A stretch of DNA of 64,000 bases, from assembly GCA_003562475.1 (NCBI GenBank), contig PWUU01000039.1, positions 89-64,088 on the forward strand, in the 5' to 3' direction. Shown here one piece after another: positions 8,677-17,416 of this stretch (the first letter of the stretch is position 1; every line of letters starts with the position of its first letter). Made by a program: the position numbers and the translations under genes. Below the pieces are notes generated by a model that saw nothing but the letters and a program-made list of their open reading frames with translations, did no database searches and had not been told where the DNA came from. This stretch comes from Dehalococcoidia bacterium (GTDB lineage: Bacteria > Chloroflexota > Dehalococcoidia > GIF9 > AB-539-J10).

Positions 8677-9069
8677 CCCTCTTTCCTCCTCAATAGCACA
8701 TGATGTCTCTCTGGCGCCGCGCCAGAGATCCGCTCCCCCGAGCCATACTGCCGCTCCTCTGCCGGCCAGAGGCACGCCTATTCTAACACTGCATTTGCGA
8801 AAACACCGACCATCAGTGTGAATCGCGCGACCGCAGAATCATGGAATGACAATGACTATGGAGCGCGCCTCGTGGCAAGCAGTCGTATACGGCACTATTC
8901 ACTGGAATGACACGAGGGACCAGGAAGTATGCTTGTTCTAACGATTGTGCCGGCGCAACTCTCCTGAGACTGAGTGCAGGCGTTGGCACGATGGTAGCGA
9001 TGATGACCGGGTAGTCGCTATAATCCAGATTCCGTAACCAGACAACGATATGCAAGCGGTGGAGTAGCC

Positions 9070-9462
9070 GTGTTCGAGATGTGCGACTACTCATACGGAA
9101 TAAGGGACCGGGCCACTGCGGTCGTCCGCCGAGACGGATTGTTGCTGCTGGTGCGCGATTGTGGGTTCTCCCACTTCTCGCTGCCTGGCGGGGGACTTCG
9201 TCCGGGAGAGTCACCAGAAGAGGCGGTCACCCGTGAACTGGCAGAGGAGACCGGCCTGCGCGCAGTGGCCATCGAAGCGCTTCCACTATGCCAGACCACC
9301 GATGCCTATAACACTTACCTTGTATTTGAGGTCCGGGCCGAGGGGTCCCTGCGCATTGACACAAAGGAGTTGAGCGACGCACGGTGGTGGGACGGGCACC
9401 AGAATGTACCATTGTTTGGCTATGTGAAGCACGTCCTTGACCACCTGCATTGGCCGAAGTAG
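9070..9462 (+). CDS. NUDIX hydrolase
   Basis: Nudix box GGGLRPGESPEEAVTRELAEETGL (G-x5-E-x7-R-E-x2-E-E-x-G). GTG start at 9070, with an alternative ATG at 9079. Confidence 0.85.
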   Translation: MFEMCDYSYGIRDRATAVVRRDGLLLLVRDCGFSHFSLPGGGLRPGESPEEAVTRELAEETGLRAVAIEALPLCQTTDAYNTYLVFEVRAEGSLRIDTKELSDARWWDGHQNVPLFGYVKHVLDHLHWPK

Positions 9463-9483
9463 CCGCATTCTGTCATACTGAAA

Positions 9484-10533
9484 ATGAATTCGGCGCAGGA
9501 GAACATCATGAGAAGCCGCCGACAGGTTGCCGGCAGATTCGCCGCCTTCGCCACGGCAATTGCTGTGGCACTGTTTGCTCTGCTTGTCGCCTGTACACCT
9601 GACGGCGAGCCTTTGGTCCCACCGATAGAGTTTCCACCTCCGGATCCCGAACCGGTTGCCGAGCCTCCACAATCGTATTACCTCCCCAGGAATGGGGTGT
9701 GGGATCTCCCAAAGGACATACCAACAGCAAGAACACCTTCCGAGCAGGGTACGATTACCATCGAAGATCTGGGCGAGTTCACGTTCAATCCCCTGGAGAT
9801 CGAGACACTGCGTCCCGACATCTTTCGACCGGGACACTTCTCGGTCTTTGATGTGGTGGCGCACCTGGCGGAGAGGGGCTGGTTCACGATGAGCTACCAC
9901 TACAATGCGTCCCTCAACACACATGTCATCGACGAGCTGGATGACCGCATGAACTGGTGGTATCGTGCGTACTATGCAGGCGGCTGGCCCGAAATCAATG
10001 CCTTCCGTATGGACATGTTCCCGTATAAGGACGATATGACCATTGTGCTGAGCACCCAATCTGAGCAGTACATGGGACGGCTGTATAACAGCTTTGGGGA
10101 GGAGGTTCAACGCAAGTCCATCAATGTCGGAAGAGTGGTGATCCCGGAGGTTCGCGTTGGCACAACGGTTCACAACAATGTCCCGGTAAGCGCGCACAAT
10201 GTGCGCCAGGATGTGCTTCAGCCCGGTACCATAACAGCGCTTGACGTGCTCCTGAGCCTCGCCGACCAGGGGAGGATCGACCGGATGAAACTCACCTGGT
10301 ATTCGAGCATCGAGGACGCCGACCCTGTGGACAGTTTCTGGGTAGAACAAATAGACGATGGCGGCGTCTACAGTGGCGAGGCGTCACCCGAGAGGGGGGG
10401 CTGGGTATACGAGACAGGGTCGCGTGAGTTCGCAGGGTTTCAGGGCAGCCATATTCACATACCTGCCGATGTCAGGGTCATCGTCTCTCCAGAGTACATG
10501 ACGTGGTACTGGCTGAACCCGCCTCTTTCATAA
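9484..10533 (+). CDS. hypothetical lipoprotein with an internal duplication
   Basis: Signal peptide plus lipobox (FALLVAC), followed by a Pro-rich linker. Two related segments are present (LRPDIFRPGHFSVFDVVAHLAERG / VRQDVLQPGTITALDVLLSLADQG). The gene starts 21 nt downstream of the NUDIX gene. Confidence 0.6.
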   Translation: MNSAQENIMRSRRQVAGRFAAFATAIAVALFALLVACTPDGEPLVPPIEFPPPDPEPVAEPPQSYYLPRNGVWDLPKDIPTARTPSEQGTITIEDLGEFTFNPLEIETLRPDIFRPGHFSVFDVVAHLAERGWFTMSYHYNASLNTHVIDELDDRMNWWYRAYYAGGWPEINAFRMDMFPYKDDMTIVLSTQSEQYMGRLYNSFGEEVQRKSINVGRVVIPEVRVGTTVHNNVPVSAHNVRQDVLQPGTITALDVLLSLADQGRIDRMKLTWYSSIEDADPVDSFWVEQIDDGGVYSGEASPERGGWVYETGSREFAGFQGSHIHIPADVRVIVSPEYMTWYWLNPPLS

Positions 10534-10596
10534 TCCTCTGACATCTTCTTCTGCCTTCAGGGACTGCGTCATCTTCCATCATATACACTTAATCCT

Positions 10597-11397
10597 GTGG
10601 CTTCCAACGACAGCTTCCCGGATTCCTCCACCATCGCACGTGATATTCTCAACCGGTACAGGCAGGTCTACCGGGCGTCACGCACCGCCGAACCTTTCTT
10701 GCGCTACGGCCGCCGCACCGTCGCGGTGAGCACCATTGCTCAGCAGTTCTATTGCGAGAAAGCCGTCGCCCTCTCGTTCGAGCGTCCTCTCGCTCCCACT
10801 CAAGACATGCGTGATGGCTCCACAGGTCACGAGGCCGTGGCCGCGCTTGGCGTGCCGATGACACAAGAGGAGGCGGTGACTGCAGCAGTAGCGGCAAGGG
10901 AACAGCCCCTCTGCCTGTGTGAATTCCGGATAGGCTGGCAACACCACACCGGTGTGACTGTGCTGGGCCATGTGGATGAGGCGTGGTTCAGGGAAGGACA
11001 CGTCGAGATTGTTGCCGAGCGTAAGTTCAGCAACAGTCGCGGCATCCACCTCCCGTACCACATCCAGGCAAGCCTCTATTGTCTCGGGCTTGGAGAGATG
11101 GGTTTCAATACCGGACATACTCTCTATCGCATAAGCGTCTTGACACGTAGCTGTCACGATTGCGGGTTACTAAGGTCGGGTGGCTGCCCGGCACTCTCAG
11201 AGGGTATCGCGCATTTCCAGTGCGACCACGGGGAGTGCACCGGCCAGGTATTCCCTTTCGAGCACGAGACAACTTCCAGACGTCTCGACTGGGCACTTCA
11301 GTTCTGGATCAACGAGCGCGAGGCACAGCCAACTGAGCATACCTCAAGATGTCGCCACTGCCGATACAGACGTGTGTGCGATGCCGGCAGCAGATAA
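10597..11397 (+). CDS. Cas4-like PD-(D/E)xK nuclease with Fe-S cluster cysteines (DUF83/RecB-type), orphan
   Basis: The sequence has Cys53 in QQFYCEK, D127, E141-x-K143 (VAERK) and Q157-x3-Y161. The C-terminal C252-x2-C255-x5-C261 completes the Cas4 four-Cys signature. An extra Cys/His-rich insertion spans residues 183-216. GTG start. Confidence 0.7.
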   Translation: MASNDSFPDSSTIARDILNRYRQVYRASRTAEPFLRYGRRTVAVSTIAQQFYCEKAVALSFERPLAPTQDMRDGSTGHEAVAALGVPMTQEEAVTAAVAAREQPLCLCEFRIGWQHHTGVTVLGHVDEAWFREGHVEIVAERKFSNSRGIHLPYHIQASLYCLGLGEMGFNTGHTLYRISVLTRSCHDCGLLRSGGCPALSEGIAHFQCDHGECTGQVFPFEHETTSRRLDWALQFWINEREAQPTEHTSRCRHCRYRRVCDAGSR

Positions 11398-11403
11398 ACC
11401 GGT

Positions 11404-12195
11404 TCAGCCCTGCTCTTCAGGAAGCTCCGGATAGTCGCCACGTAACGCCTGTGCTGCCACCGCCTTCGTATCCTCAGCGAAGTCGCTCTTCAGCATCCAG
11501 TCGAAGTACCCCGGGTCCATCTGCAACACAGACTTGATGGGCACACCCTTGTACTTGCCAAATCCTACAACTGCCACTCCGGAAGACCAGGCGAACTTGC
11601 CCTGAGAGTCGATCCAGCTCTCCTGCTCCTTGTTGCAGAGAGCATTGAGGCCCTCGACGCTGCGAGGCAAGTCGGGGTTCGACTTAACCATTCCCTCGAG
11701 CACTGCCATCGCTGCTTCGACATCACCTTCCGACGTGTGCGCACTCGTCAATTCGCTGCCACAGTACTTCTTGTACGCAGCCGCGAGGTCTCTTGGCTCC
11801 AGCATGTGAAACAGTATCTGTGCGTCCACAATGCGGCGCCTGCGTCTCGAAAACTCCACGCCGGCCCGCCGAAACTCTGCCTCCAGCAGTGGAATGTCGA
11901 GGCGGCTGACGCCAAAGCCACCGAGATCAGCACTTCCTATAAACGCCAGGAGTTCGGCTGCGTAGTAGGAAAACGGCGGCAATCCAGCCACATCTTCATT
12001 GGTAATGCCATGGACCTCCGTGGCGCTCTTCGGTATAGGTATTCCAGGATTCATCCTGCGGCTCCAGACCTCGCGACGGCCGTCCGGAGTCAGGCGAATT
12101 GCGGTCAGCTCCACGATGCGGTCGTGCACCGCACTGATGCCGGTGGTCTCAAGGTCAAGGAAAACCAGGGGACGGTCGAATTCAATCTGTTCCAT
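11404..12195 (-). CDS. DEDDh 3'-5' exonuclease (DnaQ/epsilon-like) with a C-terminal ExoX-C/DUF3820-like domain
   Basis: The Exo I motif FLDLETTG follows the ATG at 12195; H-x4-D (AHTSEGD) is also present. The C-terminal FGKYKGVPIKSVLQMDPGYFDWML motif fits the family. The gene is convergent with the Cas4-like gene, with a 6-nt gap. Confidence 0.8.
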   Translation of the reverse strand: MEQIEFDRPLVFLDLETTGISAVHDRIVELTAIRLTPDGRREVWSRRMNPGIPIPKSATEVHGITNEDVAGLPPFSYYAAELLAFIGSADLGGFGVSRLDIPLLEAEFRRAGVEFSRRRRRIVDAQILFHMLEPRDLAAAYKKYCGSELTSAHTSEGDVEAAMAVLEGMVKSNPDLPRSVEGLNALCNKEQESWIDSQGKFAWSSGVAVVGFGKYKGVPIKSVLQMDPGYFDWMLKSDFAEDTKAVAAQALRGDYPELPEEQG

Positions 12196-12405
12196 TGCTC
12201 TCCTATCAGGCGCCAGGAATCTGGCACTACGCACCAGCTCTCGTCCTGCCTATGCTAAGCCTGCAGGTGCGCGAAGTCAATGCCAGCCGGGTCGAGGAAC
12301 CGCTCCACTCGTGTGGTTTTCCTCTCGCAACCCGACTTCGGGGAGCTTTCCTCGACGCATCGCAGCGAACGCGACTTCCGGCAGCATGGCGACCGGTGAA
12401 GAAAC

Positions 12406-12648
12406 CTAGCGTCTCGCTTCCTCAATCATCCTGCGGATATCACTCTTGGATGGCACGTGTCCACTCCATACCACCTTGCCGTCGATGACCAGGCCGGGTG
12501 TCATCATGACCTTGTACTCCAGAATCCGGGCCATGTCTTTCACTTCCTCGACATTCGCCTCTATCCCGAGTTCGCTCAGAACCTGCTTCACTTCCTTCTC
12601 CACCGCCCTGCACTTGGCGCACCCGGTGCCCAGTACTTTTATGTCCAT
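12406..12648 (-). CDS. thioredoxin-fold redox-active disulfide protein (TM0983-like)
   Basis: 80 aa from the ATG at 12648 (RBS GGGAGG). The CxxC motif GTGCAKC sits near the N-terminus, and ...MMTPGLVIDGKVV is typical of this small family found next to ArsP-type permeases. Confidence 0.8.
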   Translation of the reverse strand: MDIKVLGTGCAKCRAVEKEVKQVLSELGIEANVEEVKDMARILEYKVMMTPGLVIDGKVVWSGHVPSKSDIRRMIEEARR

Positions 12649-12726
12649 ACTCACACCTCCCTGCACATATGTTCTTTGTTACTGGTTCGCGCGACGAACC
12701 GGTATCTCGTTCCGTTGCCAGGGGTT

Positions 12727-13767
12727 CTACAGAACGTAACCCGCAATCCAGCCCACCAGTGTTCCCAGTGCCACTATGGTAGGCACATACACCATAGCCT
12801 TCTTCCGCCCGAAGACCCTCGCTATGGCCAGCCAGTTCGGCAGGCTCAACCCCGGCCCCGTCAGCAGAAGGGCCAGGGCCGGTCCTTTGCCCATTCCAAG
12901 GCCCATCAATGTATCGACAAAAGGAGCCTCTGTCATGGTGGCGAAGTAGGTTACTGCTCCTATCATGGTCGCCAGAAACGACTGACGGATACCCTCGCCG
13001 CCAAGAGCAGCCTCTATCCACTCGGGCCGCAGCATCGTACCAATAATGCCCACAATAAAGACGCCTACCAGCAGCAGCGGGAATATCATTCGCACGAACC
13101 ACCATGTCTCGCGCATCCAAGCGACGATGCGCTCACGACTGTAGCTCTTGAGCACATAGCCGGTCACGACGACAAGTCCAACTGCCCACACAGACACCTT
13201 CTGCCAGTATGGCCCTTCAATGACAAGGTAATTCGGGGACAACAGCCACACCACCAGAAGAAGCAGCAGGACGAGGCTCTTCCTGTCGATGAGACGCCCT
13301 CCCCCCTGATTCAGCATCGACACCCGGTCGGTCTCCTCTCTTCGAAAGGCGTACGCCATGACGGAGCCGACGACCACGGACATGAGCAGGGCGCTGACGA
13401 GTCGCGCGGCCACCATGGTGCCTCCAAGTATCGAGCCAGTATACGTGAGCGCGAGAATGTTGGCCGCCGGCGCGACCCAGAGGATGATGAACGCGGCACC
13501 CACACCGGCCCCGCCATAGTAGATGCCGCTCGATACCGGGATCACAGTACACGAGCACGCGGCGACAAAAAAGCTGCCGCCAGCGGCGATACCGAATGAC
13601 TGGATTCGGCGCACGGCTGCGCCAAGGTAGCCGATGATAGCCTCACGGGAAACAAACGTGACGATACCGCCGGCCAGGAGAAAGGCGGGAACGAGACACG
13701 TCAGCACATGGAGTGCGACGTAGTCCTGCAGCGCGTATAATCCGCCGAGCAACACCTGTACCAGCAT
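12727..13767 (-). CDS. permease (ArsP/DUF318 family)
   Basis: 346-aa polytopic membrane protein with the conserved CSCTVIPV motif. It lies between the ArsR and thioredoxin-like genes. Confidence 0.8.
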   Translation of the reverse strand: MLVQVLLGGLYALQDYVALHVLTCLVPAFLLAGGIVTFVSREAIIGYLGAAVRRIQSFGIAAGGSFFVAACSCTVIPVSSGIYYGGAGVGAAFIILWVAPAANILALTYTGSILGGTMVAARLVSALLMSVVVGSVMAYAFRREETDRVSMLNQGGGRLIDRKSLVLLLLLVVWLLSPNYLVIEGPYWQKVSVWAVGLVVVTGYVLKSYSRERIVAWMRETWWFVRMIFPLLLVGVFIVGIIGTMLRPEWIEAALGGEGIRQSFLATMIGAVTYFATMTEAPFVDTLMGLGMGKGPALALLLTGPGLSLPNWLAIARVFGRKKAMVYVPTIVALGTLVGWIAGYVL

Positions 13768-13779
13768 CCGCTTCTCTTC

Positions 13780-14172
13780 TTAGGCTGCAGTGCGCACAAA
13801 TGACTGTCCCTGGTGCCCAATATCAGGGCTCCCGCGGGATTCCGATCGCCTCTTCGCGGAGGCGAGTCGACGTAGATCGTCGATCGCTACCGGATCGCTC
13901 GATGCGGTCTTTCGTACTGCCTCCAGCATGTCGCGCAGCTCTGGAGGGCAACCCTCCCGGTCGATCGAGTAGTGCTTCCAGCGGCCTTCCTTGCGCAGCT
14001 TCAGGAATCCGGCGTCCTTCAGCGCGTTGCAGCAGCGTGACGCATTGACCTGTGAAATGCCAAGTACGTCCATAACCTCGCATACGCAGCATTCCCGCTG
14101 CATCAGCAGGTGCAATACCCTCAGACGTGTAGGGTCACCGAGACTCTTGGAAGCCTTAATGAGTCGATCCAT
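13780..14172 (-). CDS. ArsR/SmtB family metalloregulator
   Basis: The motif LGDPTRLRVLHLL...ECCVCEV...LGISQVNASRCCNALKDAGFL shows a winged HTH with Cys pairs. ATG at 14172. Confidence 0.85.
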   Translation of the reverse strand: MDRLIKASKSLGDPTRLRVLHLLMQRECCVCEVMDVLGISQVNASRCCNALKDAGFLKLRKEGRWKHYSIDREGCPPELRDMLEAVRKTASSDPVAIDDLRRLASAKRRSESRGSPDIGHQGQSFVRTAA

Positions 14173-14280
14173 CACGTCATTCTCCCGTCGCTCACACTTT
14201 CATATATTCGCAACCATGTATATATTAACGACGGTGTCGTGCCGTGTCAATTGCAGCACACGGGCATGAGTCGAAGGCAA

Positions 14281-15483
14281 CTACGCAGGTTCGCTGAGGA
14301 GTCGCATTCCCTCCGCATAGATTGCGCGTTCCTCATCATTCGGTACGGCCAGGATACGTATGTGTGACTCTTCCAGATGCAGCGGCTCTATCCTGCCGGG
14401 ATCGGCCGACCGATTGCGCTCCTCATCGAGACGAATACCAAGATAGTCCATGCCCTCACACACAGCCGACCGTACCTCGGGAACACGCAAACCCACATCA
14501 TCGGTGAAAATGATGACGTCAATGCCATTGAGGACCGCCGCGTACGCGCCAATGTACTGCCTCACACGATACACGTAGAGGTCGAAAGCGAGTCTCGCGC
14601 GATGGTCTTCAGCCATTGCCACGCTCAGATCCCTGATATCGCTTGACATCCCACCACTGAGCCCCAGCAGGCCGCTCTCGCGATGCAGCAGCCGTGTGAG
14701 ATCGTCCGAGGAATAGCCCTGTCTCACCAGGTCGATGATGATGCCTGGATCTACATCTCCACAACGAGTGTTCATGACCAGGCCCTGGAGAGGTGAGTAG
14801 CCCATCGACGTGTCGATAGAACCACCGTCCCTGATAGCGCACGCGCTCGATCCTCCGGTACCAAGATGCAGCGCCACTGCCGTGAATCTGGTTTCCCCCA
14901 GGTACCATGACGCTTTCTCAAGGACATCAGAATAGGAGAGACCGTGAAACCCGTGCTTGCGATACGTGTGTGCCAGCGTGCGAGGCAACGCATAGGTCGT
15001 TGCGACGTCCGGCAGGTCGCAATGGAAAGCAGAATCGAACGCCACGAACTGCACAGTTCCCGGTAACCGTTCAGCCACGAGATCGATCATCTGGAGGGCG
15101 GCGACGTTGTGTAGAGGTGCGAGGACAGCACATCGATCCAACATGGATCTTGTACATGCGTCCACCACAACTCCTCTCTCGAAGTAACCTCCGCCGTCGG
15201 CGAAGCGATGCCCCACAATTTCAAAGGAGTACCGGTTGTCAGCAAGGTAGTCCAGTACATGTCGGGCTGCTGCCATATGATCCGGCAAGTCCAATTCCTG
15301 GCGCACTCGTGCCTCGCCATGGTGGAATTCCACGAAAGAGCTCGCGGTTCCCTTCACTCCCACCCTGTGGCACTTGCCCCCTACGAATTCGTAGGAATGG
15401 TGATAGAGCTTGAAGCTCAGCGATGAGCTCCCAACGTTCAGGACAAGTATCGCATGAGCTTTGTCGGTGAGTCCGCCCGGCAT
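14281..15483 (-). CDS. ackA: acetate (or propionate) kinase
   Basis: 400 aa from the ATG at 15483. Motifs ILVLNVGSSSLSFKLY, HRFADGG, GFHGLSY and TSMG are all present. Confidence 0.85.
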   Translation of the reverse strand: MPGGLTDKAHAILVLNVGSSSLSFKLYHHSYEFVGGKCHRVGVKGTASSFVEFHHGEARVRQELDLPDHMAAARHVLDYLADNRYSFEIVGHRFADGGGYFERGVVVDACTRSMLDRCAVLAPLHNVAALQMIDLVAERLPGTVQFVAFDSAFHCDLPDVATTYALPRTLAHTYRKHGFHGLSYSDVLEKASWYLGETRFTAVALHLGTGGSSACAIRDGGSIDTSMGYSPLQGLVMNTRCGDVDPGIIIDLVRQGYSSDDLTRLLHRESGLLGLSGGMSSDIRDLSVAMAEDHRARLAFDLYVYRVRQYIGAYAAVLNGIDVIIFTDDVGLRVPEVRSAVCEGMDYLGIRLDEERNRSADPGRIEPLHLEESHIRILAVPNDEERAIYAEGMRLLSEPA

Positions 15484-15914
15484 GGCTTCTTCCACAGATG
15501 TTGGAACAGTTGGCGCGCCATTATACCACCACGCGAAGCGACTTCCACCTGTCGAACCGTGGGTGCTCCGGAACAGGACGGGTAGGAGAAGATTACCCCG
15601 TGCTGGCACCTGTGAGGCTGTTACACCACTGCCGGCAGCGTGCTACGGACACGACGCGCACGCCCAACGAGAACACACACTCGGGAACCGAACCGGGCGT
15701 GTCCTTCTCGATAGTATCATTGGAGGAGGCATCGACACGGTGCTTCTCACTATCAGCCGCGCAACCGGCAGCGCGACTGGACGTGCCATGCGCAATCCCT
15801 ATCGCCGGCCACCACGCAGGAGAATACTGTTGCCAATTGACAACCAGCGACACTGGAAGTGCCCTCGTTAATCGCGTAAAACCTGGTCTTTACCGTCCGT
15901 GTCCCCTGTAGTAG

Positions 15915-15932
15915 GATAACGCCGGCGTTATC
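15915..15932. promoter_or_regulatory. perfect 18-bp palindrome GATAACGCC|GGCGTTATC (candidate operator)
   Basis: The palindrome lies in the 544-bp ackA/acyl-CoA-synthetase divergent intergenic region, about 95 bp upstream of the ATG at 16028. Confidence 0.3.
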
Positions 15933-16027
15933 TTCGCAGGAAGACACCGTTCTGGCGGAATCAGGCTTCAGTTGTTAGTCGCCAGCGAACCTATGAGGCG
16001 CTCTTCGCCTGCAGGAGCTACCATGAC

Positions 16028-17416
16028 ATGAGTGATCTTGCATGCCTGTTCGAACCACGTTCTGTCGCCGTCATTGGCGCGTCCGACGATCCCGGCAAGT
16101 ACGGAAACAGGGTGATGCGGAGTATCCTTGAGGCCGGGTTCAAAGGGCCTGTGTATCCCATCAATCCCAACGTCGCCGAGGTACAGGGGCGCAAATCCTA
16201 TCCCTCGATGCGGGATTTGCCCGAGCTTGTGGAATTGGCGTTCATCGTGATTCCGGCGAGAGCAGTGGTAGACGCCGTCAGGGATTGCGTTGCCTCAGCT
16301 GTCAAAGGCATCGTGATCATCAGCGCCGGATTCGGCGAGATCGGTGATGAAGGACTCCTTGCCGAGGCAGAGATTGCCCGACTCTGTAAGGAGGCGGATA
16401 TCCCGCTAGTCGGCCCCAACTGTATGGGAGTTGTCTGTTTCTCATCCCACATTATTGGCACCATGACCATGGATCGCATCAAGGGCGAGCCCGGCGACAC
16501 CTCGTTCATCTCCCAGAGTGGGACGTACGGCATCAGCACGCTGAACCAGGGCCTTACGACCGGTGTAGGGTTCAGCAAGTTCGTGAGCAGCGGCAACGAA
16601 GCCGTGACGAAGTTCTCAGACTACCTCGAATACTTTGGAGACGACCCCGCTACTCGCGTGATCCTCGGCTATATCGAGAGCCTCAAGGACGGCCAGCGTT
16701 TCGCGTCGGTCGCAAGAGAGGTCTCAAAGAAGAAACCGGTTGTGGTCATGAAGTTCGGTCGAACCGACGCCGGTACCAGGGCAGCAGCATCACACACCGG
16801 CGCCCTCGCCGGTTCGCACGACGTCTACAGTGCAGCCTTCAGGCAATGTGGCGTCATCGAAGTCATGCGCACACAAGACCTGCTCAACGTAGCCTCTGCC
16901 TTTCGCTCACAGCCGTTGCCCGGTGGTCGACGCGTTGCGGTCGCCGGCATCAGCGGCGGCTTCGCCGTGGCTGCAGCCGATTACCTGGCCGAGCTTGGAC
17001 TGGAACTACCCCTGCTCGACGAGGAGTTGCAGCAGCGCATGCGTAATGAGGTCAAGGTGCCGCCGTTCGCAATCGTGAAGAATCCTATTGACCTTACCGC
17101 AGAGGTTCGCCCCCGATTCCTGCTCGAATGCGTCGAGATGACCCTCCACGACCCGGGAATCGATGCACTCATCATGGGACTCTGGTCATGGCCACTTCCC
17201 CCTGCAGAGGAAAGCCTTCGCACTCTGGAGCGGGTGCAGCGTGAGAGTGGCAAGCCGCTGTTGCTCTGCTACTATGCCAGCCGTCGCGGAGCTGAGCTCA
17301 TACAAAGCATGACATCGCTGCCGGTGTACGGAACTCCCGAAGAGGTCTCGACGGTTATGGGGTGCTTGGCCCGGTACGCCGACTACCGCCGGCAGACAGG
17401 GACGTTTCCCTCCTGA
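16028..17416 (+). CDS. ADP-forming acetyl/acyl-CoA synthetase alpha subunit (CoA-binding + succinyl-CoA-synthetase-like flavodoxin domains)
   Basis: The N-terminus matches the family (PRSVAVIGASDDPGKYGNRV...YPINP). The protein is 462 aa and has no ATP-grasp (beta) domain. Confidence 0.8.
   Translation: MSDLACLFEPRSVAVIGASDDPGKYGNRVMRSILEAGFKGPVYPINPNVAEVQGRKSYPSMRDLPELVELAFIVIPARAVVDAVRDCVASAVKGIVIISAGFGEIGDEGLLAEAEIARLCKEADIPLVGPNCMGVVCFSSHIIGTMTMDRIKGEPGDTSFISQSGTYGISTLNQGLTTGVGFSKFVSSGNEAVTKFSDYLEYFGDDPATRVILGYIESLKDGQRFASVAREVSKKKPVVVMKFGRTDAGTRAAASHTGALAGSHDVYSAAFRQCGVIEVMRTQDLLNVASAFRSQPLPGGRRVAVAGISGGFAVAAADYLAELGLELPLLDEELQQRMRNEVKVPPFAIVKNPIDLTAEVRPRFLLECVEMTLHDPGIDALIMGLWSWPLPPAEESLRTLERVQRESGKPLLLCYYASRRGAELIQSMTSLPVYGTPEEVSTVMGCLARYADYRRQTGTFPS

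Noticed and set aside
8842-8912. A 10-nt direct repeat TGGAATGACA at 8842-8851 and 8903-8912, in the 393-bp hyi/NUDIX intergenic region, considered as possible regulator sites.
   Set aside because: My rough estimate of the chance of some 10-mer repeating within about 400 bp is close to 0.1. There is no dyad symmetry or third copy, so the evidence is too weak to call.
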